Assembly: GCA_030390025.1 (NCBI GenBank)
Contig: CM059436.1
Location: 55,614,001 to 55,678,000, forward strand
Direction: 5' to 3'
From: Squalus acanthias
Lineage: Eukaryota
Length of the DNA: 64,000 nt
Part shown: positions 24,916-37,579 of the stretch, one piece after another
How the letters are laid out: every line of letters starts with the position of its first letter
Numbering within the stretch: the stretch's first letter is position 1
The notes under the pieces: model-generated
Told to the model about the DNA's origin: nothing
What the model saw: only the letters and a program-made list of their open reading frames with translations
The model's database searches: none
Program-made: the position numbers and the translations under genes

Positions 24916-25650
24916 TGTTTAAGACTAGGCCCTTTACGGTATCCCAGTCTGACAGTTACTTAGAGTTCGGACCCGAACCAGAATGAAGACAATGAGACAA
25001 AGATTTCAGGGTAACTACTTCTTTACTTAAAATCAATCAAGTTTACAAGCAAGCATAAAATCAACTTTGCACGCAAGCATAAGCTTCAACGAGCAAGCAT
25101 AAGCATACATACGTACTAACACCAGCGAGTGACCAATTCGGCAGTGACTAGTTGGCCCTTCTTTCTGTGCGACCGGTCAAATCGCGCAACTCACTGCAGC
25201 AGTCCCAAGTGTTCCCCTAACTGTTTCCTTTATACCCAAAACTTGGCAGGCCTCCCAATGCTTACGCGTCCCAGACCACGTTGACGATTGTTCAATCATG
25301 GGTATCTTCTCCTTATCTGTAGTCAATGGGCCTCAAGGCCACTTGTGCCATGTCTGAAGGGGTTGCAGAAGTTCCTCATTGTTCAATCAGCTTAAAGGTT
25401 CGTTTTGCAGAACTCTCGAGGTCCTGTCTGATGAGGTTGCAGAAGTTAACTAAATCTGTAGACAATGGGCCTCAAGGCCGCTTACGCCATGTCATCTCTT
25501 CTCTTATCTGTAGACAATGGGCCGCTTTTGCCATGTCTAAAAGAGTTACAGAAGTTAACTAAATCTGTTTAAAGGTTTGTTTGCAGAACGCTTGAAGCAC
25601 GCTGGTATATTAAATTCAGCCAAGTCACAACAAACAGCGAATTATATCTT
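24916..25650 (-). repeat. 3' LTR of the provirus
   Basis: Ends AAACA at 24916 on the minus strand. Minus-strand TATAAA at 25229-25234, ATTGG at about 25255 and AGTAAA at 25022-25027. U3 has three direct repeats (tctgtag.caatgggcc at about 25316, 25455 and 25507). A PPT-like GAGGGTGGA lies at about 25655-25663. The inner boundary is uncertain by about 20 bp. Confidence 0.8.
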
Positions 25651-25689
25651 GGAGTCCACCCTCAAGTGGCTGTGTGCCCGAACCTTTGG

Positions 25690-28096
25690 GTCACAGGCAC
25701 TTACTCTTCTTCGTTGTTTTCTTCTACCCGTGTTTTCTGTAGCAACTTGACCAATCTTTGCTGCTTGCATCGTCTGCTGGCGCGGCAAGTTATTATCAGC
25801 AGGTATACCACAATCACCAGCTGAACAAAGACCAAGACGTGGGAGATAATCCTTATCCATGGTGGACCTCGATATTCCTACCGATATCCCACCAGGACGA
25901 GTCATCCCCAATCATGGGTATTTCTTTTTGTAATTCACGGTTCTCCTGAGCCAAGGTATTATAATGCTTCTGGGATTGATTGACGCGTCTCATTAATTCT
26001 ACCAAGTGTTCTTGCAGTGGTGGGATGTCATAGCCGAACTGGGTCACGTACTGGTGCAATTGCTCTTTTAGCTCATCCTATACAGTAATATTCACTTGCT
26101 CATGCGAATACATGCTTAACAATACCTGTGCCCAAGCCTAACAGGTCTGACTGGGATATGTTCTCGCCACAATAGGACAGGTCAGGTTATCACTGTACTG
26201 GTATTCCCAGTGCGTAGTGGTGACACAATATTCACCTTTCCCTCGGTAAGCTGACCTTATGGGGGAGTGCCACCCTGGAGTAACTTTCATGGTGCAATTC
26301 CATTCTATCCTATCCCAAGTGAACCCACAAGCGGGGGCTGCGTGTCCTGCCACATTGTAAGGACAGATGAACGTATCTTGTATCTGGGCACATCCGGTGA
26401 GATCTGGGGCCACCCATGTTGTCCCGTCCACCCAGGCCACATGCTTCGGAGGTTCATCATACTTGACCAAATGGCCACCTCGACGCACCCCTACATTCTC
26501 CATGTAGAACAAGTGGCTTGGGGTCATTTTCTTGGGCAGGACCGAATAGGATGATGTTTCTCTGCTTTTGTAAGTCACATTCATGTTTCACTGGGTATAC
26601 GTGTACCAACCTCCTGACCCAACACATAGTCATATTAAGGTGGTAGGTGGACATTGCCGTTAAATGTCGATCAGTCACCCACGAAGGGAGTTTCCCCTCA
26701 GCAACACACCGTAGGTTTTCCCGGGTCTGTTCCACCAACCAAGATCCATACATTATACATGCATCATTTCACGCAGCTTCGCTGTTGGTATTCCTTTCCT
26801 CCTTTCAAATCTGATTTACCCTTTTAGCGTGCGATTCCAGATATTTGACCCCGTCCTACAGATGTATGGTCATAATTTGGCCCTCCCTTAATTCCCCTTG
26901 TTCTTGATCATTCATTTTATACAGACCTGTCCTTAAACGATTTCTGACCGCCTTTGCGGACTGGTCTAAGCTGGCCAAATCAAGGCTATTAGTGACTGAG
27001 GTCCTGGCGTTAAAAATAGTTGGCGCGTCGTTTACCAAGCTTCTCCGTCTTCTGGTACAACTTTGCAGGGTAGCATTGCCCTCATCATTTCCCCCAATAG
27101 GTTCACTATCATTGCCAATCAACCCATCCCCATGATTAACGCAGTGCAATGGTTCCAATTCCGATTTTCTAACGTTTCACTGGTCCCTTTCCAAAACTCC
27201 TCTATCAATTCCCGCATCAATTTTTCATACAACCGTTTTGTCTAGGGCTTACACCAACTAGGTATTCCGGATTCCGTCAGATTCCACATCACCGGTACTA
27301 CCTCGTGGTGTATATCATGGTACAATACCATTCGGGTTGGGATTACCCCTAGCCTGTTTGTTGGTCCAGGGGTATGTTTGGGGTAACCTTGTGGTGTATC
27401 CTGTGGGTCCTTCTGCGTGGGAGTCTGCGTTTCCTTTGTGGGGGGGGTGCTTAGGACGAACTTTGAATTCTACTACATCTATGATTCCGTTCATGCACTC
27501 TGACACATGGTAAGTGACACAGTTTTCTTGGCATGGCCCTCCCTCCTTCTCATCCAGCATCCATTGATAGGGGGGTAATTCCTCGCGCCATAGGCGAAAG
27601 CGGGGGAAAGACCACAAGTCGTTGATTCGGACCTAAAACTGTCCCAATTCTCCATTGGGCCTGGCCGAGGATTCACACATCCATATATCCCCTCGTGTTC
27701 TCACAACCACCGTGGCCAGCACAACATAGTTTCTTCCTCGCCTTCCGATTGAGTCGGGCTTCCTACATTTCCCTGGTGCTCCCCTATCTGGCTGGCTTTA
27801 TGACCCGTTTTCGCTTGGATGAACCACACACATGGTTGATTGGTGGTGCCATTTCTCCACTTTATACATACTCCTCTTCTCTCCCAGACCTCGTACGTGG
27901 TCACTCGCACTGTCCCCAAGCAATTCGTTTCGCACGTACCTAACATGGATCGAGGAGTGACTTAGGGCACAGCTGCCGGGACAAGGGTGATCTGGCTTGT
28001 ATATCCTGAACCTTTGGACCCTCTACATGTCATCCTCACTGCCGCCATCCCGATGCCAAGTATTACGCCACACAACAACCAAAATAGTTTCCCCAT
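25690..28096 (-). pseudogene. env: env / class I fusion glycoprotein, frameshifted (about 800 codons)
   Basis: Signal peptide MGKLFWLLCGVILGIGMAAV. Furin site RRRR/S at 27042-27053, then SLVNDAPTIFNARTSVTNSLDLASLD. Cys-rich block PDLTGC..DTFICPY..CG..NCTM..YCVTT..TCPI. Heptad region LVELMRRVNQSQKHYNTLAQENRELQKEI, then SSWWD and a TM segment IISHVLVFVQLVIVVYLLIIT. Confidence 0.85.
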
Positions 28097-28118
28097 TTCC
28101 CTTTTTGCCTTGGTCGGG

Positions 28119-28146
28119 CCTGTGGGAGAAAGGAACAAAAACGGAG
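28119..28146 (-). promoter_or_regulatory. env splice acceptor
   Basis: Minus strand tccgtttttgttcctttctcccacag|G with the intron ending at 28120, 23 nt upstream of the env ATG at 28096. Confidence 0.7.
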
Positions 28147-28305
28147 ATTTACTTCCGGTCATGTACCCCCCTTCACCCCACCTATTGGCCTCTCAGGCCT
28201 ATATAGCCTGTATCGTTTTGGAGGACGTCGGGGACGTGTCTCAAATTATACGGTACCAGTGGAGGCACCACACCAGGAGACCCTGCTCCATTATTCGGGG
28301 AGGCG

Positions 28306-29640
28306 CTACATCGGGCGCCTCCTCTGCCTCATCCCATTCAATAGGTGAGTCCATCTCACCAGGCTCATGCCCATTGCCTGCTGTCTTCTTGACCTGCTGG
28401 TGGGCTGAAAAAGCTTCATTTGATTAATGTGGAACCATTTGACTTTCTTAGGCAGCTGAACCGCATATACCGTGGAGCTGGCTTTGTCAACGATGTTATA
28501 TGGTCCTTTGTAGAGAGGTTTAAAAACTCCCACCCTCGCATAGTTGCGCACCATCACCTGGCTTCCCACCTCCCACTCCTGGGGTTTGTTTGGAGCCAGG
28601 TTTAGTCGATTACGCTGATGGGCCCTCCGGATACTATGGGCGGCCCTTGGGTGTACCTCTTTCACGGTTTCCCACAGATTGCTCAGGAACTTATCCCTGG
28701 TCACCTCCGCAATCTGTCCGTCAATGTGGGGACCAACAGCTGGGTGGGGGTTCACATGGGCCTCCCAGTTACCAATTCATGTGGGGAGTAACCCGTTCCT
28801 TTGGACTCTTTACTGTGTATTCCCATAAGGATCAGGGGGAGTACCTCATCCCACTTGGCGGGGTTATCGTTTAATTCTTTACGCAGAGCCAGTTTCAGTG
28901 TATGGTTCATTCTCTCCTGACGACAGTGGGTAGTGAGCCACGTGCCATTTTCCCTCATTCCCAAGCAACTTCAGGGTAGCCTGCATCACTTGACCTGTGA
29001 AGTGACTTCCTGATCCGACTCCACCACCTGAGGAAGTCCCCATCTGGAGAATATCTCCCTAACTAAGGTCCTGGCTGTCCACAATGCTATGGCCGACTTA
29101 CATGGGAAGTCTTCCACCCACTTAGTAAAGTTGTCCACTAGGACCAGACAATACCTGTTACCTCTCTTGGTGGTGGGCAGGGGCCCAATAACATCTATTT
29201 GGATACACTGCCATGGTCCCTTGGACCGACGTGTGTGTCCTAAGGGAGCCTTTTTCTTGTGGGGGTCAGGACTGTTGGCTGCACATATCAGACAGTTTTT
29301 ACAAAAGTTCTCTACGTCCTCCCTCAGGTGGGGCCACCACCCCACCTCCTCTGCCCGTTTCCAGATCGTTTCTGGTCCGGGGTGTCCTGGCCCCGGTCCC
29401 CCGTGGGCTAGTTGCATGAATTCCTCCCGGTATCCTTTGGGCACGACTTACCTATCCCCTTTAAATAAGATGTCTTCCCGTACTTCCACATCCCTGGCCC
29501 CATAGGGCCCCTCAATGGGTTGGCCTTTTTCCTTTTCCACGAGGACTGCCTTCAGTACTACATCCTTCAGCTGTAATGTTTTAAGGTCTGGGGGAAGGGG
29601 AATGGTAACGGGTGCTGGGGTGGCTGCTGCCACCATTCCT
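28306..29640 (-). pseudogene. pol: Integrase (HHCC, DDE core, GPY/F), frameshifted
   Basis: AHGGPGPGH...CLIC, PWQCIQIDVIGPLP, LVDNFTKWVE, WGLPQVVESDQ, ERMNHTLK, YKGPYNIVDKASSTVY...WFHINQMK. Confidence 0.95.
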
Positions 29641-29659
29641 GATTGGTATGGGTCCCACG

Positions 29660-29700
29660 GGACTCTCCGCCCCTTCCCTGGCCAGTTCGTCTGCTCTTCT
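29660..29700 (-). pseudogene. pol: C-terminal helix of a retroviral-type RNase H
   Basis: Minus translation RRADELAREGAE (ADxLA motif) lies directly upstream of the integrase. It is truncated at about 29700. Confidence 0.65.
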
Positions 29701-29703
29701 TTA

Positions 29704-30409
29704 GAGCCCAGATGGGAAGGAAATAGAAGGGTGGACGAACCTATTTAGTAAAGCCTCCTGGTGAGAGCCCTGATGTCCCTCCTCATCCCTCTGTGCACAT
29801 GTTTCCGTATTTCTCGCTGCTATTGCTCCCTTCACCGTAGATCCTAGAGGGCGGGGTGGCATGCCAGTACAGCCCCCATTAATGTTGCCAAGTGTAGCAG
29901 TTTGAATCTTTGAACAATAAATGTAGCCACTTTGCACTTGCCAGAAAACTGCTGATAAAAAAGAAACTTGAAATTACTCATACAAACTGCTCCACTGGCT
30001 GAAACTGACAAGAACCCACTGAAACTAACCTGCCGTGGCAGCGGCGAGTGATTAATGCTGATGCTTTTAAATAACGTCGCTGGAGCCGGCTTCCGTCAGC
30101 TGTACGCCTGCTCTCCCTGTCGCTGTCTGGTCGAGGTGCAAAGGTAAGTGACGACAATTAATTTTGAAGATCGGGCACCCGGTGAGTGTGGGACGCTCAC
30201 TGACATCACGATCTGCCTGGCGTTGAAGTCCCCGGCGGTACCTCGTACCGGCGGCGCAACCAGTGGCGGGGGTGGGTGGGGGGGGGGGGCGGTGCGGATT
30301 TGCCATGTGGTGCTGGATTCACCTCACCCCAGCTGCTACTGCATCAGCGCCCCGTTACCTCCCTCTGCAGGCGCTAACGGGAGGCGCTAATCTACCGAAT
30401 TTTTCCCCC
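29704..30409. mobile_element. Harbinger end fragment (transposase 5' side)
   Basis: Homologous to 20100-20650 and to the reverse complement of 16201-16800. Ends gaatttttccccc. Confidence 0.75.
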
Positions 30410-32022
30410 AGAGAGCTATAGCAGGAGGATCCTCTCTGTCTTAGTATCTGTCCACCATGGAAAAATGCTGGAAGTGAAATAACTCAAGAATGCCTTCACT
30501 GAGCTTCACCAAATGTTATGTCGATCTCCCTGATGGATAAGCTTCTTTTCTCCTGAAGCTGAGCCTGGTCAGATAATACAAATTAAAAAGGTGGTAACAC
30601 CATCTGGAATTTCATAACACATGAAAGAGGGATTCATGGGCATTCCAACTGTCTACTTGGTGTTTATAATTATTATTAATATGTAGGAGCATCATTATGG
30701 CTATTTAAAAAATCCTGCTACTTTGTTTGTTGACCAACAATGCACACCTTCCATTTACAGCTTTACTTATTTTATCAATTTGTGTCTTCACTGAACGCAG
30801 AATATAAAAGTGGCTTTTGTTCTGTTGCAGAGATAAATTGAACATCACTTCACTGCAGACCTTTTATACAAGGATTGTTGATCACAATATATGGAACAGC
30901 ACTCCAGTGATGTACCATCCTATTTGCATTTCATAGATGTGTCATTATCCACAATATTTGACATCTAAAAAGACATTAAAATGATTTCCCTCTGAATAAA
31001 ACAAATTAGTAGCTCAGAGTTTTGTATATCATTTGAATACTCAGATTGTAAAATGTAAATTGATATATAAGAAAATGGCCCATTAACTTTTTCATTAATG
31101 GTAATAACGGATTTTGTGTGTCAGCAGTAGGTTGAACCCGCGTTCTTGCTAGCCAGCCAGAGGATGAATGTGCAAGTGTTTGGGAACATTTAAATATTCA
31201 CTAACAACAACAAAAAGTAATAAATAAAGCAAAAAAGACCCTGGATGTTCTTGACTGGTTTTATCAAACCTGGTACGTGTTTGGTATCTATTAGTACAGT
31301 AACATGGCCATTGCTTAAATATTCGACAAGTGCTCAGATATCTATACTGTTGAATATATATTTTTTCTATATCTGAATTATTCTGCTCAGGGTTTTATTG
31401 TCCTATTTCCTATGTCCTATAGTTTCTTTAGAATTGTATTTTGTGGGCAGAAAGTGTATTTGAGAAAGAGAGATCGGGTTCAGAAATAAAATGGTACGAA
31501 AGGAAGGAAATAAAAGCCAGAGATGGCAGGAAAGGCAAGCTTAAAAATATAGCAATGACAAAGACTGCACTAAATGAAAGTTTTCTCTGCAGACAACAGT
31601 ACTTCTGTATTTCATACTGAGCGCAATTCAAAACATTTAGCGTGTAAAACCCACTTCAGTTGCAGTTACCGTACAGTAATAGAGTACTGAAAATTATGGT
31701 TTAACATTTTTAAAAACCTTGTATTTTTTTAAATAGCTATATTAATAATTTGTCTATTTAAAAGATATAACACACACTAACAGATGAAAACCATTGGATA
31801 TAAAGTATCGAAAGAAAATGTCTTGCCTTAAGTAAAATCGCTTTCAAAAAAAAATTACACAGTACATTTAAATTACCATTTGCTTAGCAACGTGCCCTTG
31901 TAGACATTCTACTGCTGCTACAAAATGATCGATTAAGTTTAATTTTCTACTGGTTCCTAAAAAAGGGCTATCAGTAAAGTGTCCTTTCACCACAGCCTGG
32001 GAATTCACATTCTCTATTAAAT

Positions 32023-32186
32023 NNNNNNNNNNNNNNNNNNNNNNNNNNNNNNNNNNNNNNNNNNNNNNNNNNNNNNNNNNNNNNNNNNNNNNNNNNNNNN
32101 NNNNNNNNNNNNNNNNNNNNNNNNNNNNNNNNNNNNNNNNNNNNNNNNNNNNNNNNNNNNNNNNNNNNNNNNNNNNNNNNNNNNNN
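32023..32186. other. Assembly gap (164 N)
   Basis: Run of N. Confidence 1.
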
Positions 32187-34254
32187 TGCACAGCATGGAG
32201 CATCTCGAGTGATGAATAACCTAATCTCCTAATCTCAAAATGTGCACTGTTCATTTTCTAGTCTGTATCCATGCGTTTACTGAAGCTGTTTGCGGTTACC
32301 AGGCAGCTGCAGTCACTTCATCGTCAATGAACAATAAGGATGTTCCTCAGAGAGGTCAGGCAGGATTTATTTTATTGTGTGCATAGTCAGAGTCAAGGAA
32401 GAGTAATGAGACTGTCCTTTTTTAAACAGAGCCACTGATCTGCATGTTGCTTGGCATGGCTGATTCAAACAAGCTTTAGTAAAGGAATGTAAGAAACATG
32501 TAGATAGATAGTCAGCCTCACCTTCAGCTTCCTGCTTTAAAAGCTAAATATTAGCCTTTTAGTAAACTTGCACTTAAAATAATTCTGCAGGATAGACAGA
32601 TCTGACCTTGATCATTAGTTATCGTATTCTTAAACATTTTTATTTATTACCAGTTACAGACTCAGTGTTATCTACTGGCTGTTTTGATGGCTTTTAACCC
32701 TTTTGAACAGTAAAGACCGTTTCTAGTAGTGATGGCTAGTCGGTGCATACCAGAAACACATTGCTGGGCATGTGCAGAAAGCCAATACGATGGCATTAGT
32801 GCTTGCCAATCATGTCATTGAGTTGGACTGTTTCTTTTTCTTTCTTGCAAGGGAAAAATTAACATAACAAATTTTAAAGTCCATTGAAAAAAGGTAGAAG
32901 CTAAACTATTGGTATCAAAATTTACAATGACGGGTGCATGCGGTAACATTTTTGTTTTGGTACAGTTGAAAGTACAGTTGCGGGAAAGATGAATAAAAGA
33001 TTTGGCTTAGTGCAACTGGAGAAGAGAGCAGCATGTCTCTGCCATTGCTAGAATGTTATCAGATTTGGATTTGTGGATCCCATGGGAGAAGACAAAATAT
33101 TGGAACAGACGGCTTGATATTTCAGAAGAATATAGTCAGCTTTATTAGCACCGGTTACTCTTTCTGACTGACGGCTGTTTCAGTCTTTTTTTTCTTTCTT
33201 TCTGTTATTAATGTAGGCTAGTGTATGTAAATGTTATTCTTCTCTGCATAAGATGGGCAACCAACGATTTGTAATAAATGCTCATGAATGCCTTAGGCTG
33301 CACTTAAACTTTAAAACATCCATTATTAAGTATCGAAAAACACTGTAATGGCCAATGCTAACCTCACAAGGATTTTAGCTGTAATATGCTTTATGCATGA
33401 AAAACAAAATTTGCCTGAAGTTAGAATTTGCAATGACATACTTTCCCCACCATTTGCTGAGTCCAGGTTGATTATCAAGATTTGTTTGGAATCAGAATAA
33501 TATAATTTTTTGTGCGATCTGAAATAAAATATAATAAAATATAATTAAAAGCAAACTTTAAAATCCCTTATGCTGCCAAATGTCTATTATTTGTTAAAAA
33601 TTCTGCAATAATAGTGATGTTATTTAGCTGCACTTAACACAGGCATATTCTTGAAAAATAAAACTATTGAAATACAGGTTAGTGAAAAAATTTATTTTTG
33701 AATGCCGTTTATAATGCAAGTGATGAAAGTTCATGGGAAATTTGTAAAGATTTCAACTAGGGTAACATCAGCACAGTAGAGATATCTTAGTAATTAAGAT
33801 CACATTTTTAAATTTTAGCTGTAGTATCTTTTATGAGTTTAAAATAACCAAAATTTCCCTGAAGTTTTTCGTGTTATCACTGTCACTGTAGGTCCAGTTG
33901 CACTCTCCAGCACGGGGCCTATTCCACACGGCACCATTTCACAACTCTAGGCTAAAAATCTCCCTGAAGAATCCTATTTCTGAAATAAATTCAGATTCTT
34001 TTAATTAATAAAATAGTTGCCAAATTAAAAGAAATATCTTAGAAACATCAAACTGGGAGTATGTTGGTTTGTTTGTTTTCGTATCTTTACGCTCTTCCCT
34101 TGCAGAATAGTATGAAGTAATGGAAGCATTATCAGGGTGATTAACAGCCTGACAGGCCGCGACATGAACACTCCTTCCATGGCTGTAACCATCTTTAATA
34201 CAGCCTATTGGATGGTTAGTCCTAACGGCACTGGGGTTTCATAGGTTGCCACGA

Positions 34255-37075
34255 ATGGCTTCTCTTCCCGCTCCTGCACCGTTACCTCTGGTGTCCCCCA
34301 AGGATCTCTCCTTTTTCACATCTACATGCTGCCTCTCGGCGACATCATCCGAAACACAGTGTCAGGTTCCACATGTATGCTGACGACACCCAGCTCTACC
34401 TCACCACCACCTCTCTCGACCACTCCACTGTCTCTAAATTATCACACTGCTTGTCCAGCATCCAGTCCTGGATGAGCAGAAATTTCCTCCAGCTATATAC
34501 TGGGAAGATCAAAGCCATTGGCTGGGATTTTCCTTACCTCGGCGGGTCCGGGGCGGGCGATGTCGGTGGCGGGTCGCGGCCCCGCTGCTGGCTCCATCCC
34601 GCTCTGGAAAATGGATTTATGTTGATGGGGATTGTTAATCCCGCCCAGTGCGTTTCCCGGCCCAATTAGAGGAAGCGGGTCTGATGATGCCATTCATGAT
34701 GCATCATCAGCCGGTTTCCTTAAAGAGACCATGGTCAAATTTATTTTGACATTTCTGCTGTTAGTATTCTACAACATTAAAGTGCTGCAAACACTGACAA
34801 TGACTGCACAGAGGTGCATGGCTGCACCCAGGTTCTCCCATGACTCCCTCCATATGCTTATGGAGGGAGTCACAGTATGCAGGAAGGTCCTCTTCCATTC
34901 CGATGGGTGGAAGAGACCTCCCCAGGAGAACAAAACAGCCTGGTTGCACATTGCACAGGAGGTCATAAGCAGGGATGTGGTCAGGAGGACCTGGGTGCAG
35001 TGGCACAAACCTTTCAATGATCTCATTAGATCATGAAACATTAATACAAAGCCACACTCACCTTCATCCTCCTGTGCCTCTCATCACATCCCCATCACTC
35101 TGCCTTCCCTACCCTACTCCTGCACATCCTTACTCACACCATCTTACCTTGCACCTCCACCCATCCCTCTCTATCTACATTATCACATCCCCATCTCACT
35201 AGCCACCCTTATCCTAGTGCAATCATACCAACTAACAACACACAAGGGTAGGCACTTGAGTGTTTTATCCAATGTTCATGTAAAGTTTCTATTAATGTGG
35301 TGTCAAACATTGAACCTTTATTTTCAACACTTTGCGTTCTTGGACAGATTTTTGTGTACCTTTGGAAGTGGCTTAGTGAGTTGCAGTGAACGGTGAGACA
35401 TAACGGTACACCCCCCCCCCCCCCGCCCCCACCCCACGATCATGGTGAGTGTGAACGGAATAGCTTGTTCATTATAGGACTGCTTTATGGTGTTGGTGTG
35501 GGGTGGTGCCAACCTGGCACATCATGTGGCAGCCAGGGTGTACCGCGTCAAGTGAAGTAAATCTGGCCATGGTGAGGCCATCCTGGGAAGCAATGTGGTC
35601 GGTTGCTGATGCCCTCTGTCCTGTGCAGCATCAGATGATTGCGGAGAAAGTTAGTGTTGTTGTTGGTGCTGCTGGTGAGCCTGGTGCTGCTGGGGTTGGG
35701 GCTGATTGTGGTTGGATTCTGAGGACCAAGGTGAGACAGTATAAAGGGCACCCATGTTGATGGAATAGATGGCAGGTGAAGTAGATGGCAGGTGAAGTAG
35801 AGATGTGGTGAGAGAATTCTTTCAATGAGGTAAGAGTGGATCGACAGTGGAAAGTGGAAAGCCTGCAGAATCTGTGCTGGAAATGGACTGAGAAACAGCT
35901 TGTGTCTGAGGAAAGTGATGATCTGTCAGGTGGGAGCTTTTACTGTACATTTGAAGCTGTCAAGTAATCAGCTGGAGCAATGGCTATTCAACTCCCGCCT
36001 CAGGTTCACAGAGGTGGTCCCTGAGCAGCGTGGACCCCGTGGGTGAGCAGTTAAAGTTAAAAGGTAAGGTCAAAAGCATTATTAAGAGTCTGTCAACAAC
36101 CCAATAATTGGTTTAATTGGGTCGCCTGCCTCTGCGGGTCGGGTCAGATCAGAGATCACACACGCGCCTGTGGGAAAGGCGTGTTGCGGAGGGTTGACAG
36201 CGGCATCCCGACCTGCTGTCAAAAAAATCAAATTTCCCACCCAACCTGCCATGGATCCTGCCTGCTGATCCCCCGGAAAATTCCGGCCATTGTCTTCGGT
36301 CCCCACCACAAACTCTGTTCCCTAGCCACGCCTCCATCCCCCTCCCTGGCAGCTGTCTGAGGCTGAACCAGACTGTTCGCAACTTTAGTGTCGTATTTGA
36401 TCCCGAGATGAGCTTCCAACCATGCCATCACTAAGACCGCCTGTTTCCACCTCAGTAACATCGCCTGACTCCGCCCCTGCTTCAGTTCATCTGCTGCTGA
36501 AACCCTCATCCATGCCTTTGTTACCATTAGACTTGACTATTTCAACGCATTCCTGGTCGGCGTCCCATCTTTCACTCCATAAACTTGAGGTCATCTAAAA
36601 CTCGGCTGCCCGTATCCTAACTCGCACCAAGTCCCGTTCACCCATCACCCCTGTGCTCGCTGACCTACATTGGCTCCCAGTTAAGCCACACCTCGATTTT
36701 AAAATTCTCATCCTTGTTCTCAAATCCCTCTAGGGCCTCGCCCCTCCCTATCCCTATAAACTCCTCCAGCCCTACAACCCTCAGAGATATCTGTACTCCT
36801 CCAATTTTGGCCTTTTGCGCATCCCCGATTTTAATTGCTCCACCATTGGCGGCTGCACATTCAGCTGCAGAGGCCCGAAGCTCTGGAATTCCCTCCCTAC
36901 ACCTCTCCACCTCGCTACTTCCCTTTTCTCCTCTAAGGTGCTCCTTAAAACCTACCTCTATGACCAAGCATATGCCCTCAAATCTCCTTATGTAGCTCAG
37001 TGTCAAATTTTGTTTGATAATGCTCCTGTGAAATCCTATGTTAAAGTCATTATATAAATGCAAGTTGCTGTTGTT
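34255..37075 (+). mobile_element. L2 LINE 3' half, split by a Harbinger insertion at 34520-36288
   Basis: SGVPQGS, HIYMLPLGDII, MYADDTQLYL before the insert. ETLIHAFVTIRLDY and the L2 tail follow it. Confidence 0.9.
34520..36288. mobile_element. PIF/Harbinger deletion derivative (1769 bp) with a Myb/SANT exon at 34800-35036 (+)
   Basis: TIRs ggctgggattttcc and ggaaaattccggcc. TSD ATT at 34517-34519 and 36289-36291. ORF reads AAPRFSHDSLHMLMEGV...KTAWLHIAQEV...RTWVQWHKPFNDLIRS. Confidence 0.9.
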
Positions 37076-37490
37076 TTACAATGAGGGGGGCAGCCACGCC
37101 CACCAGACGCAAATAACCCAGTGGACGTCAAACCAGAATTCAGAGCCGGAGCTCCATTCGCCACTAGCTGGGACTGTCTGGAATGGGGTTTGAACCTTCT
37201 ATCTCAGAGGCAACAATGGCCAAGATTTATCTCTCATCCAATACCTAAAACAGATGATCTTAATAGGGAACATTTATTGAGGTACAATTCCCAGCATGCA
37301 CTCTCACTAGTGACAAGCACAGTAGTGGAGCTGTGACTTACAGAATGACCCCATGTATATGTGGTACAAAAAAAAAATCATACCTTGTACTTCGCTGAAT
37401 GGTTTAAGTAATTACTGATTTGATCAAATACCACTATCCATCAGAAATGAACAACTTGTGGAAAACCAACCAACTAAAGGGAACATTTTC

Positions 37491-37579
37491 TGAAATAAAA
37501 CAGAAAATGCTAGGAAACACTCAGCAGGTCAGGCAGCATCTGTGGAGAGAGGAACAGAGTTAACGTTTCAGGTCAATGA
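37491..37579 (-). repeat. Penelope-type terminal repeat fragment (3' half of hammerhead motif)
   Basis: Minus strand tcattgacctgaaacgttaactctgttcctctctccacagatgctgcctgacctgctgag. Confidence 0.65.

Larger units (their letters stand above)
24916..29700 (-). mobile_element. 5'-truncated endogenous retrovirus (RNase H end, integrase, env, 3' LTR), lokiretrovirus-like
   Basis: Colinear minus-strand RH, IN, splice acceptor, env, PPT and LTR. See the component features. Confidence 0.85.

Noticed and set aside
30811-30936. Splice-acceptor-like site with a short open frame
   Set aside because: The frame stops after about 35 codons, and there is no recognisable protein or donor site.
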